Source of the DNA: an uncultured Acidobacteriota bacterium
Lineage (GTDB): Bacteria > Acidobacteriota > Thermoanaerobaculia > Multivoradales > UBA5704
Assembly (NCBI GenBank): GCA_963770895.1
Contig: CAVYRF010000002.1
Coordinates: 4,800,001-4,864,000 of the forward strand
DNA length: 64,000 bases
Direction: 5' to 3'
The notes beneath the pieces are model-generated. The model was not told the origin of the DNA. It did not search any database and saw nothing but the letters and a program-made list of their open reading frames with translations. Below are positions 24,336 through 33,460 of this stretch, piece after piece; position 1 is the stretch's first letter, and each line of letters opens with the position of its first letter. The position numbers and the translations under genes were made by a program.

Positions 24336-24637
24336 GCGTGCGCTCGCGACACTGCCGCCCGCACCGCGGCGACCAGGCGGCCGACGGTCAGCGGCGCGGG
24401 CGCGTCGTCGAGCAGCTCGGCCGGCAGCGGGATGGCGAAGCGCTCGCTGCATTCGAGCAGCAACTCGACCAGCGCGATCGAATCGAGCCCGGCGCCGCCG
24501 GCGCCCAGCCGCACCTCTCCGCCCAGCTCCATCGCCACGCTGCCCAGCGAGGCGCGGGCGCGGACCAGCTGACGCACCGCCGCCTCGATCTCGGGTTCCG
24601 TCCACACGCCAGCGAGTGTAGGCATTCGCCCCCGCAA
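24332..24637 (-). CDS. acyl carrier protein
   Basis: GLDSIALVELL...ERFAI, LTVGRL; start uncertain. Confidence 0.85.
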   Translation of the reverse strand: MRGRMPTLAGVWTEPEIEAAVRQLVRARASLGSVAMELGGEVRLGAGGAGLDSIALVELLLECSERFAIPLPAELLDDAPAPLTVGRLVAAVRAAVSRAHA

Positions 24638-24665
24638 ACGCGAGGGACCGGAGCGGTAGTGCGCT

Positions 24666-24694
24666 TTGACATCGCCCGCTGCGGCGCATAGGAT
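24666..24694 (+). promoter_or_regulatory. sigma70 promoter for the metalloprotease gene
   Basis: TTGACA-17 nt-TAGGAT. Confidence 0.7.
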
Positions 24695-24739
24695 GGTTTG
24701 CTAGTATTGCGAGACATTCTAAAAACGGGGGGCGTCGGC

Positions 24740-26173
24740 ATGCTACGGGGCATCCAACGGCTGTCGGTCGGGTTGCTGATGGTTTCGCTGTGCGCCTTCA
24801 GCGGCGACCAGAAGAGCGGCCAGGGCGCCCCCACCGCTCAACCGTCGCCGGCCGAACGCGTCGCGGCGCAGGCGCTCGCCAAGCTGGAGCCCTATCACTT
24901 GGTGCAGATCGACACCGTGGCGGTTTCTCGCGCGGTGCGCGCCGGAGCGCAGGTCCGCCTGCCCTACGTCAGCGTCGGCAACCACCTGGGCTGGGTCGAC
25001 GTGCAGCTCAGGCCGCGCAACCTGCGCAGCTCGACTCTCACCGTCGCCGATGTGAAGAACGGCGTCGACAAGAGCTGGCGCCCCATCTCGCTGCCGCCGC
25101 CGGCAACCTATCAGGGCAGGGCGAAGGGCGAGCGGGCGGAGGAGCTCGGCGCGGCCGTCTTCACCATCAACCCGCAGGTGGTCGAAGGCAACGTCCTGCT
25201 GGCGCCGGGAACGAACGGCTGGTCGATCATCGAGCCGCTCGAACCGCAGCTGCGGCTGCAAGGCGTCGACCCACAGCAGCGGGCGGCGCTGCTCAAGCAG
25301 TTCAATCACATCGTCTACAATGCCAAGGACCAGCACCGGAGCTTCAAGGTGGACGCTGACCTGTACCCCCACCCGACGACGGTGCGACGGGCGGCGGTCG
25401 CGCCGCCGCCCCCTCAGCTGGTCGTCTCCACCGTCGTCGACGGCGACGATGCCTTCTATCGCGCCTATCCGCAGAATTCGGTGATGCCGTTCTGGCTGAA
25501 GGAAGAGTCGCTGTTCAACACCCTCGACTGGCTGTTCAACTGCATCGAGCCCGAGGCCAACGCCGCCAACGCCTACACCTTCTGCGCCAACCACGAGTTC
25601 GACGGCGGCCACGACGGCTTCCGCGCCAGCGTGCGGCTCGAGCGGCTGGAGGTCTGGGAAGCCGGCGGCCCTAACGCCACCGTGCGCGAAACGCTGCTGC
25701 GCCAATCGGCGCGCGACACGCACCAGGCGACGCCGCCCTGCTGCGGCCCACCGCACACCGCCGGCCGTGCGGCCCTGGTCTTCTTCTTCAGCGGCCGCAC
25801 GCTCACCATCGGCGCCGGCGTGGCCAGCGTCGACGGCCTCAACGTCTACGGCCCCAGCTGTTTCGCCGACGACAACAGCTACCTGTGCCACCACGCCCTC
25901 ACCCAGGCCACCCCAGGTGGCGAGTTCCCCGGCAGCGTCTACTACCAGGAGCTGCTGGTCGCCCACGAGGTCGGCCACATCATCGGCGGCCCCGAGAACG
26001 TCATAGGCCTTCCCATCTGCTGGCTGGGCGGCACCCAGTGTGGCCCTGACCTGATGAGCTCCCTGGCCTTCGGAACAGGCCCCATTTACGTCTTCACCGA
26101 AGAAGACACCCATGGTCTGATGGGCCCCCTGATGAAAGCGCGCCTGGGCGGCGTGCAGCCTGGCGGTAAGTAA
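24740..26173 (+). CDS. secreted metzincin (M12/reprolysin-like) metalloprotease-like protein
   Basis: signal peptide, pro-domain-like N half, LVAHEVGHIIGGPE, Met-turn-like DLMSS, several Cys. Confidence 0.7.
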   Translation: MLRGIQRLSVGLLMVSLCAFSGDQKSGQGAPTAQPSPAERVAAQALAKLEPYHLVQIDTVAVSRAVRAGAQVRLPYVSVGNHLGWVDVQLRPRNLRSSTLTVADVKNGVDKSWRPISLPPPATYQGRAKGERAEELGAAVFTINPQVVEGNVLLAPGTNGWSIIEPLEPQLRLQGVDPQQRAALLKQFNHIVYNAKDQHRSFKVDADLYPHPTTVRRAAVAPPPPQLVVSTVVDGDDAFYRAYPQNSVMPFWLKEESLFNTLDWLFNCIEPEANAANAYTFCANHEFDGGHDGFRASVRLERLEVWEAGGPNATVRETLLRQSARDTHQATPPCCGPPHTAGRAALVFFFSGRTLTIGAGVASVDGLNVYGPSCFADDNSYLCHHALTQATPGGEFPGSVYYQELLVAHEVGHIIGGPENVIGLPICWLGGTQCGPDLMSSLAFGTGPIYVFTEEDTHGLMGPLMKARLGGVQPGGK

Positions 26174-26288
26174 GGCCGGCGAGCCGCCAGGCGAGAGCAA
26201 CTGCCGCGGCGGTGTGCTCCGCCGGTTTGACCGCTGGCGACGGCCCTGACATCATCGCGGCGCCTCGCTTGGCGGGGTGAGGGGGGCC

Positions 26289-26708
26289 ATGTTCCGACAC
26301 CTGCTGGTACCGGTCGATTTCACCGACAAGAACGAGGCGGCGATCGGCATTGCCATCGAGACCGCGCGTCGCGACGGCGCCGAAGTGGTGTTGCTGCACG
26401 TGATCGAAACCATCGATCACATGGAGTTCGACGAGATGGCCGACTTCTACCGCAAGCTGGAGACGCGCGCCGCGGCCAAGCTGGCGGTGCTGGCCGAGCG
26501 CTTCACCAGCGCCGGGGTGCGGGCGCGCTACGAGATCCTGTTCGGCAAACGCGCCGAATCCATCCTGCGCAGCGCCGCCGGCACGCCGACCGACCTGATC
26601 GTGCTGTCGTCGCATCGCGTCGATCGCGAGCATCCGGCGCTGGGCCTGGGCGCCATCAGCTACCAGGTCGCGATCGTCGCCCGCTGTCCCGTCCTGCTGG
26701 TCAAGTAG
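26289..26708 (+). CDS. universal stress protein
   Basis: MFRHLLVPVDF, LLHVI, DLIVLSSH, RCPVLLVK. Confidence 0.92.
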   Translation: MFRHLLVPVDFTDKNEAAIGIAIETARRDGAEVVLLHVIETIDHMEFDEMADFYRKLETRAAAKLAVLAERFTSAGVRARYEILFGKRAESILRSAAGTPTDLIVLSSHRVDREHPALGLGAISYQVAIVARCPVLLVK

Positions 26709-26831
26709 CGGCGGCGTGATCCGCACCCTCGCCCGCACCTATCGGCGGGCCTTTCCCGGCCTCAGCCGCGACGCGGGCTTTCTGGCGTTGGTGGGCCAGG
26801 CCGCCGCCGGCAGCGCCGCGGCGCGCCGCCG

Positions 26832-27383
26832 CTAGTCCTTGGGCGGCTCGGGGTCGTCCAGGTGGCGGTAGGTGCGGTTCCAGTAGACCAGCGGCTGCTG
26901 CTCCGGCTCCGGCACGCCGCTGGCCATCACCATGCCGACGTAGATGCTGTGGGTGCCGGCGGGGTAGCGGGCGTGGATGCGGCAGTCGAGCCAGGCCAGG
27001 CAGTCGGTCAGGATGGGGGCGCCGGTGACCGCGGTGTCCCAGCGGCCTTCGTTGAAGCGGTCGCCCTCCTTGAGCCAGGCGAAGCGGTCCGACAGCGCGG
27101 TCTGGTCGTGGCGCAGGATGTTGACCGCGAAGACCGTGTCGTCCTGCTCCAGCATCTGGTAGGCCTTGTGGCGGTGGTCGATGACCGTCACGATCAGCGG
27201 CGGCTCGGCGGAGACCGAGGCGAAGGCCGACACCGTCAGGCCGTGCACTTCGTCCCCCTGGCGGATGGTGACGATGGTCACGCCGGCGGGAAAATGGCGC
27301 AGGGCGTCCCTGAAGTCGACGGACGAGATCACAGAGCGGGTCTCCAATTGGTATGGCGCCGTCTGGCTCGCTGATTCTCCCAT
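26832..27383 (-). CDS. flavin reductase family protein
   Basis: FRDALRHFPAGVTIVT, GLTVSAFASVSAEPP, GTHSIYVG, PLVYW. Confidence 0.92.
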   Translation of the reverse strand: MGESASQTAPYQLETRSVISSVDFRDALRHFPAGVTIVTIRQGDEVHGLTVSAFASVSAEPPLIVTVIDHRHKAYQMLEQDDTVFAVNILRHDQTALSDRFAWLKEGDRFNEGRWDTAVTGAPILTDCLAWLDCRIHARYPAGTHSIYVGMVMASGVPEPEQQPLVYWNRTYRHLDDPEPPKD

Positions 27384-27493
27384 AACCCACCTCCGGCTCC
27401 GGCTGTGTCGGGACATCCTTTACTGATAATGGTGTTCCATCTAAGCTAGACGCGTCTCGGAGTCAAAAGATGCCACCCAGGAGGACGTGCGCA

Positions 27494-28282
27494 ATGCCTG
27501 TAGGTCCGTCGACCGTACAACTGCCGCCTGCAGCGCCGCCCAGGGGCGCCGCCGGGCGTGGCGCCGTCTCCAGGCTGGCCCCTTCCCTCCTGGCCCTGAC
27601 CCTGGCGGCCTGCGCCGCCGCCGCCCTGGCGCCGGGGGGCGGCAGGCTCCAGGCCGACGACCTGAGCGGCCGTATCGAGCTGCTGGCCAAGGACGGCAAG
27701 GCGGTCGCGCGGGGCAGCAGCGATCCGCACCAGGCGGTGGTCTACTTCGAGCCCGCCAACCCCGGCCACGCGGTCAAGGCGCCCGAAGCGCCCTTCCAGC
27801 TGATCACCCGCCGCAAGGAGTTCATCCCCCGCGTCCTTGCCGTGCCGGTCGGCAGCCTGGTGCGGTTCCCCAACGAAGATCCGATCCTGCACAACGTGTT
27901 TTCGGTGTCGCCGGGCAACTCCTTCGACCTGGGGATCTACCGCAACGGTCCCCCCAAGGAGAAGCGCTTCGACCAGCCGGGGCTGGTGCGGGTGTTCTGC
28001 AACGTCCACCAGACGATGGTGGCGTACATCCTGGTGCTCAACACGCCGTTTTACTCCCAGCCGGGTGACGACGGCGCCTTCCGGTTGAGCGGCCTGCCCA
28101 AGGGGCCCGGCAAGCTCACCGTCTGGCACGAGCAGGCGGATCCCTGGACCACCCAGCTGACCCTGCCGCTGGCGGAAGGAACGCCGCCGCTGCTGGCGAA
28201 GCTGGTGGTGGCGCGGCCGAAGCTACCCCCCCACACCAACAAGACCGGCGGCTCCTACAACCGCAGTGAAGACTACCGATAG
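27494..28282 (+). CDS. secreted cupredoxin-like / carboxypeptidase-regulatory-like protein
   Basis: FPNEDPILHNVFS, FDLG, VFCNVHQTM (His...Cys-x2-His-x2-Met), C-terminal beta-sandwich ending VWHE. Confidence 0.8.
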   Translation: MPVGPSTVQLPPAAPPRGAAGRGAVSRLAPSLLALTLAACAAAALAPGGGRLQADDLSGRIELLAKDGKAVARGSSDPHQAVVYFEPANPGHAVKAPEAPFQLITRRKEFIPRVLAVPVGSLVRFPNEDPILHNVFSVSPGNSFDLGIYRNGPPKEKRFDQPGLVRVFCNVHQTMVAYILVLNTPFYSQPGDDGAFRLSGLPKGPGKLTVWHEQADPWTTQLTLPLAEGTPPLLAKLVVARPKLPPHTNKTGGSYNRSEDYR

Positions 28283-30929
28283 CCCGGACCGGCGCCTCAA
28301 CCTGTCGCTGGGGACCCGGATCGTCCTGGTCACCTCGCTGCTGATCGCCCTGTCGGTGGGCGCGGCGGTGGCGGTCACCTCGTTTGTCCTGCACGACATC
28401 GCGCGCAAGGCGGCGCACGATGCGCTCTTGGGCAGCGCCGCGGCGCAGGATACCTTGCAGGCGCAGTATTACGAACAGCTGAAATTGATGTCGCGCCTGT
28501 TCGTCAGCGATCCGGCGCTCACCGCCTATATCGCGCAGGCGGCGGAAGACAAGGATACGGCTTCGATCCTGGACCAGCTGTCCAGCCGCCAGCAGGACCT
28601 CAAGTTCACCTTCGCCATCGTCGTCGATCCGGCCGGGCGGGTCATCGCGCGCACCGACAATCCGGCGTCGCACCAGGACCTGTCGCAGCAGGCGCTGATC
28701 CGCGAGGCGGTCAACGGTCCCAAGGAGACGGCCGGCGTCTGGCGGGAAGGCGATCGCCTGTACTACGCGGTGGCGGTGCCGATGACCAAGAACTTCGAGC
28801 TGCTCGGCTTCATGGTCACCGCCTTCGAGATCACCAACGCCACGGCCAGCCGCGTCAACGCCGCCACCGCCACCGACGTGGCCTTTGTGGCGATGGACGC
28901 CAACGGCGTGCGGGTGGTGGCAAGCACGCTGGGCGCCTCGATGCGCCAGCCGCTGGCACTCGCCCTCAACGCGCTGGCCGACCACCCGCTGATCGTGGGC
29001 CGCAGCGCCGGCGCCGGCGCCGAGCCGCGCGACCTGGGAATTTCGCTGCTCGACGAGCCGTGGCTTGCCCTGGCGTCGCCGCTGATGGACGCCGCCGGCC
29101 GCCAGGTGGGGGCCAGCGTGGCGCTGGCGTCGGTGCGCAAGGAAGAGGCGGCCTTCGGCAAGATCCAGCAGGTGGTGCTGCTGTCGGGCCTGGCGGCGGT
29201 GCTGATCGCGCCGCTCCTGGCCCTGGTGGTGACGCGGCGCACGCTGGCGCCGGTGCACCGGCTGGTGGCGGCGGCCGAAGCGGCGCGCCAGGGCGACTAC
29301 AACCAGCAGATCGTCGTCGGCGGCGCCGACGAGGTGGGCAAGCTGGCGCGCGCCTTCGACGTGCTGCTGCGCGACCTGCGCGAAAAACGCGACATGGAAG
29401 CCTACGTCACCGAGCTGTCGCGCAACCTGCCCGAGCCGGGCGGGGCGACGTCGCGGGTGGTTCTGGGCGGTGCCCAGATGCGCGATTCGGTGGTCATGGG
29501 CCTGGAGCTCTTCGGTTTCAGCAGGTCGCGCGTCGAGGGCGGTCCCGAGCGGGCGCTGGATCGGCTCGGCAAGGCGATGACCTGGATCGCCTCGACGGTC
29601 GAAAGCGCCGGCGGCGAGATCGAGGCCGTTGCCGGCCATCGCGTGCTGGCGCGCTTCACCCGTGGGCGGCAGCCGCTGGGGGCGCTGGCGGCGGCGGCGC
29701 AGATCCTGCAGCCCAACGCGGTGTGGGGGGAAGAGGGCAACGGCGAGCCGCCGAGCATCGCCCTGGCCTCCGGCACGGTGATCACCGGCCTGGTCAGCTG
29801 GGCCGACCAGTCCGAGCGCGGCCTGATCGGCCAGCCGGTGCAGCAGATCGAAAGCCTGCTGCGCGAGGCGACGCCGGGCGACATGGTCCTGGCGCGCGAC
29901 GTCTACATGCAGCTGCGCGACACCTTCGTGCGCGCCGGCTACGATCTGGCGCCGCGGCGCGGGCTGGTCAGCCCGCAGCCCATCTACGCCCTGACCGCCG
30001 ACCTGGCTGCCCGCCTGGTGAGCAGCCCGGTGCTGCGCAGCGGCTCGGGCGAGCTGGCGGCCGGCACGACCCAGGAGACCAGCGCCGTCGTCACCCTGTC
30101 GGGGGTGGCGCCGGGGACGCTCATGGGGCAGCGGTTCCAGGTGCTGTCGGTGCTCGGCAGCGGCGGCATGGGGGTGGTGTACAAGGCGCGCGACCGCGAG
30201 CTGGACGACCTGGTGGCGCTCAAGGTGCTGCGCCAGGAGCAGTGGGGCGACGCGGCGCAGCTGGAGCGGCTCAAGAGCGAGCTCAAGCTGGCGCGCAAGA
30301 TCACCCACCCCAACGTGCTGCGCACCTACGATTTCGGCGAGATCGACCGGGTGGCGTTCATCTCCATGGAGTACGTGCGCGGCGTCACCCTGCGCTTCAT
30401 GCTCGATCAGTCGCACCGCCTGCCCTATTCCGCCGCGCTGCGGCTCGGCAAGCAGCTGTGCGCCGGCCTGGCGGCGGCGCACGCGGTGGGCGTGATCCAT
30501 CGCGACATCAAGCCCGAAAACCTCATCCTGGAGCCGACCGGCAACGCCAAGCTGATGGACTTCGGCATCGCCCGGCCGGTGCAGCGCCTGCAGCCGGGCC
30601 AGACCCAGGCCGGCTTCATCATCGGCACGCCGCAGTACCTGGCGCCCGAGCAGGTGCAGGGAGGGGAGATCGACACCCGCGCCGACATCTATTCGTGCGG
30701 CGTGGTGCTGTTCGAGATCTTCAGCGGCGAGGTGCCGTTCAAGGCGCCGACGGCGATGGAAGTGGTGCTCAAGCACCTGCAGACCGAGCCGCCCTCGCCG
30801 CGCGAGTACTGGAGCGAGATGCCGCCGCGGCTGGAAGCGGCGATCCTGCGCTGCCTGCGCAAGTCTCCGGACGAGCGCTTCCAGCGGGTGGAAGAGCTGC
30901 AGAGCGAGCTGGAAGCGCTGAGCGCCTGA
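28266..30929 (+). CDS. membrane Ser/Thr kinase: Cache-like sensor + HAMP + degenerate class III cyclase + kinase
   Basis: 2 TM, DEVGKLARAF HAMP, GSGGMGVVY, VALK, HRDIKPEN, DFG, GTPQYLAPE. Confidence 0.9.
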   Translation: MKTTDSPDRRLNLSLGTRIVLVTSLLIALSVGAAVAVTSFVLHDIARKAAHDALLGSAAAQDTLQAQYYEQLKLMSRLFVSDPALTAYIAQAAEDKDTASILDQLSSRQQDLKFTFAIVVDPAGRVIARTDNPASHQDLSQQALIREAVNGPKETAGVWREGDRLYYAVAVPMTKNFELLGFMVTAFEITNATASRVNAATATDVAFVAMDANGVRVVASTLGASMRQPLALALNALADHPLIVGRSAGAGAEPRDLGISLLDEPWLALASPLMDAAGRQVGASVALASVRKEEAAFGKIQQVVLLSGLAAVLIAPLLALVVTRRTLAPVHRLVAAAEAARQGDYNQQIVVGGADEVGKLARAFDVLLRDLREKRDMEAYVTELSRNLPEPGGATSRVVLGGAQMRDSVVMGLELFGFSRSRVEGGPERALDRLGKAMTWIASTVESAGGEIEAVAGHRVLARFTRGRQPLGALAAAAQILQPNAVWGEEGNGEPPSIALASGTVITGLVSWADQSERGLIGQPVQQIESLLREATPGDMVLARDVYMQLRDTFVRAGYDLAPRRGLVSPQPIYALTADLAARLVSSPVLRSGSGELAAGTTQETSAVVTLSGVAPGTLMGQRFQVLSVLGSGGMGVVYKARDRELDDLVALKVLRQEQWGDAAQLERLKSELKLARKITHPNVLRTYDFGEIDRVAFISMEYVRGVTLRFMLDQSHRLPYSAALRLGKQLCAGLAAAHAVGVIHRDIKPENLILEPTGNAKLMDFGIARPVQRLQPGQTQAGFIIGTPQYLAPEQVQGGEIDTRADIYSCGVVLFEIFSGEVPFKAPTAMEVVLKHLQTEPPSPREYWSEMPPRLEAAILRCLRKSPDERFQRVEELQSELEALSA

Positions 30930-31038
30930 CGGCGCGCAAGCACCGCTGCGCCAGGGCGCGGCAGCGGAATTTGTGCGCTTGCGGCACAATGTATCGTATT
31001 GTTGCTATATGTTTCGGTCACTTCCGGGAGACGGACCG

Positions 31039-32274
31039 ATGACCCAGGCAGGAGCCGGAGTCGAAGCCGCCGCCGCGCCCACGACCACTGCCGATGCCGC
31101 AGCCGGCGCCGCATCCGCCGCCGCGGCCCCAGGCGGCGACCCCGCCGACCTGGCGGGCCGGCTGCTGGAATACGAAACGCTGCTGGAGATCGGTTCCAAG
31201 CTGGCGTCCTCCCTGGACCTGGCGACCGTGCTGGAGCTGGCCCTGTCCGCCGCCGAGCGCTTGTGCCGCGCCGAAACCAGCTCTATCTGGGAGCTGGACG
31301 AAGAGCGCCAGGAGCTTTTCTTCCGCCTGGTGCGCGGCCGGGCGGCGGGCGAGATCCGCGGCCTGCGCGTGCCGTTGGGGCAGGGCATCGTCGGCAGCGT
31401 GGCGCAATCCGGGGTTGCAGAAGCGGTCAAGGACGTCAATGCCGACCCGCGCTGGCACGGCGACCCCCAGGACGTGTTCCAGACGCGCGCCATCCTGGCC
31501 GTGCCGCTGCTCGCCAACGGCCAGGTGGTAGGCGTGCTGCAGCTGCTCAACCCGCTGGGCCGGGATCATTTCACCGGCGAAGACGTGCGGCGCATGCAGC
31601 GCTTTGCCGACATCCTGGCGCACCCGCTGCAGAACGCCCGCCTGTACGCCGCCCAGCGGCGCCAGTTCCTGAACATGGTCACGGCGCTCGCCGAAACCCT
31701 GGAAAAGAAGGACCCCTACACCGGCGGCCACGTCCGCCGCGTGGTCAGCTATTCGATGCTGCTGGGCGCCGAGCTGGGCCTGGACCACGCCGATCTCAAG
31801 GATCTGTGGCTGGCCGCGACCCTGCACGACATCGGCAAGATCGGCGTGCCCGACCGCATTCTGGGCAAACCCGCGCCGCTCGACAGCGACGAGGCGGCGG
31901 TGATGCGGCGCCACACCACCGACGGCGCGGAGATCGTCTCCCACCTGTCCAATCCCCACGTCCTGCCGGGGGTGCGCAGTCACCACGAGCGCCTGGACGG
32001 CACCGGCTACCCCGACGGTCTGAGCGACGGCCAGATCCCGCTGGCGCCGCGCATCATTGCCGTGGCCGACACCTTCGACGCCATGACCACCAGCCGCCCC
32101 TATCGCGTCGGCCTGTCGCGCGACAGCGCCGCCGCCGAGATCCAGCGCGCCGCCGGCAGCCAGCTCTGCCCGCACGTCGTCACCGCCTTCGTCGCGCTCT
32201 TCCAAAGCGACCGCTTCACCCTGGCCGCCGGCGAAGAGGTGCTGCAGTCGATCTCCGAGCTGGAACCCGAATAG
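31039..32274 (+). CDS. GAF + HD-GYP phosphodiesterase
   Basis: GAF (GQGIVGSVA, ILAVPL); KDPYTGGH, LHDIGKIG, HHERLDGTGYPDGL, ADTFDAMT. Confidence 0.93.
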   Translation: MTQAGAGVEAAAAPTTTADAAAGAASAAAAPGGDPADLAGRLLEYETLLEIGSKLASSLDLATVLELALSAAERLCRAETSSIWELDEERQELFFRLVRGRAAGEIRGLRVPLGQGIVGSVAQSGVAEAVKDVNADPRWHGDPQDVFQTRAILAVPLLANGQVVGVLQLLNPLGRDHFTGEDVRRMQRFADILAHPLQNARLYAAQRRQFLNMVTALAETLEKKDPYTGGHVRRVVSYSMLLGAELGLDHADLKDLWLAATLHDIGKIGVPDRILGKPAPLDSDEAAVMRRHTTDGAEIVSHLSNPHVLPGVRSHHERLDGTGYPDGLSDGQIPLAPRIIAVADTFDAMTTSRPYRVGLSRDSAAAEIQRAAGSQLCPHVVTAFVALFQSDRFTLAAGEEVLQSISELEPE

Positions 32275-32409
32275 CGCCCTCGCCGCCTTGCCGCCTTGCC
32301 GCTTTGCGGGGACTGCCACCGTCCCCTTGAGCGGCCTGCCGCCCAGGCTTGAGGAGGAGCGGCCCCCGCCGCGCCAGCGCCTGGATCAGCGTTTGGATAA
32401 GATAGGTCG

Positions 32410-33456
32410 GTGCGCCACCTCATCGTTTGCGCCCGCTGCCGCCGCCAGCTGGATGCCGGGCAGCGGCAGGCGGGTGAGTCGGTCCGCTGCCCTTGCGGCG
32501 AGCGGGTGGAAGTGCCGGCGCTGCGCGCTCACGACTCGGCGGTGGTGCGCTGCTCGGCGTGCGGCGCGCCGCGCGGCGGTGGCGAGCCGGGCTGCCGGTA
32601 CTGCGGCTCGACGTTCACCGTCCACGACAGCGACCTGGATACCGTCTGCCCCGCCTGCATGGCGCGGGTGACCGGCAGCGCACGCTTCTGCGATCACTGC
32701 GGCGGGCCGATCCTGGTGGCCCAGGCGGTGGCCGCGGGGGAGCCGCTGGGCTGCCCCGGATGCGGCGGCGGCCGCCAGCTTGCCAGCCGGCGCTTGGGCG
32801 ACGAGCCGGTGGCGGTGTCCGGCTGCGAGATCTGCGGCGGCCAATGGGTGGAGACCGCGGCTTTCGAGATCCTGGCGGCGCGCGCCCGGCACGCCCAGCT
32901 CGGCAACCTGGAAGACCCGGCGGCAGGCGGCGCGACCGGCGCGGCTCGCCAAGGCGCCGGCGCAATTGGCACCGGATCGGCTGCCCGGGCCGGTGGCGGA
33001 CCTGGCGGCCGGATCGGCGTGGAACCCGGAGGCGGGTCCGGGAGCAGGCCTGGAGACGGTGTCGGAGGCGGCATTGGGAGCGCATCTGGCGCCAGCGCCG
33101 GCGGACGCCTGTACCGCCCCTGCGCGCGCTGCGGCAAGTTGATGAACCGCATCAACTTCGGCCGCAAGAGCGGGGTCATCCTGGATTTCTGCCGCGGCCA
33201 CGGCATGTGGTTCGACGACGGGGAGCTGCCCCGCATCCTGCTGTGGATCCAGAACGGCGGCGAGCAGCGGGCACACCGTCTCGACGCCGAACAGGCCGCC
33301 GCCGCGGCGCGCGATCAGCGCCTGGCGCGCGACGCCGACCGTGCGTCCGCCGGCGCCAGGGTGTGGTCGGGCCAGCCCCTTGTCGACCTCGACACGGCGG
33401 GCGACCTGGTGGACCTCCTGGGCGCCGGTATGCGCCAACTCTTCGGCCGCTGGTAG
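32410..33456 (+). CDS. multi zinc-ribbon (zf-TFIIB-like) protein
   Basis: ten CxxC-type knuckles; LDFCRGHGMWFDDGEL. Confidence 0.8.
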   Translation: MRHLIVCARCRRQLDAGQRQAGESVRCPCGERVEVPALRAHDSAVVRCSACGAPRGGGEPGCRYCGSTFTVHDSDLDTVCPACMARVTGSARFCDHCGGPILVAQAVAAGEPLGCPGCGGGRQLASRRLGDEPVAVSGCEICGGQWVETAAFEILAARARHAQLGNLEDPAAGGATGAARQGAGAIGTGSAARAGGGPGGRIGVEPGGGSGSRPGDGVGGGIGSASGASAGGRLYRPCARCGKLMNRINFGRKSGVILDFCRGHGMWFDDGELPRILLWIQNGGEQRAHRLDAEQAAAAARDQRLARDADRASAGARVWSGQPLVDLDTAGDLVDLLGAGMRQLFGRW

Positions 33457-33460
33457 CGCG

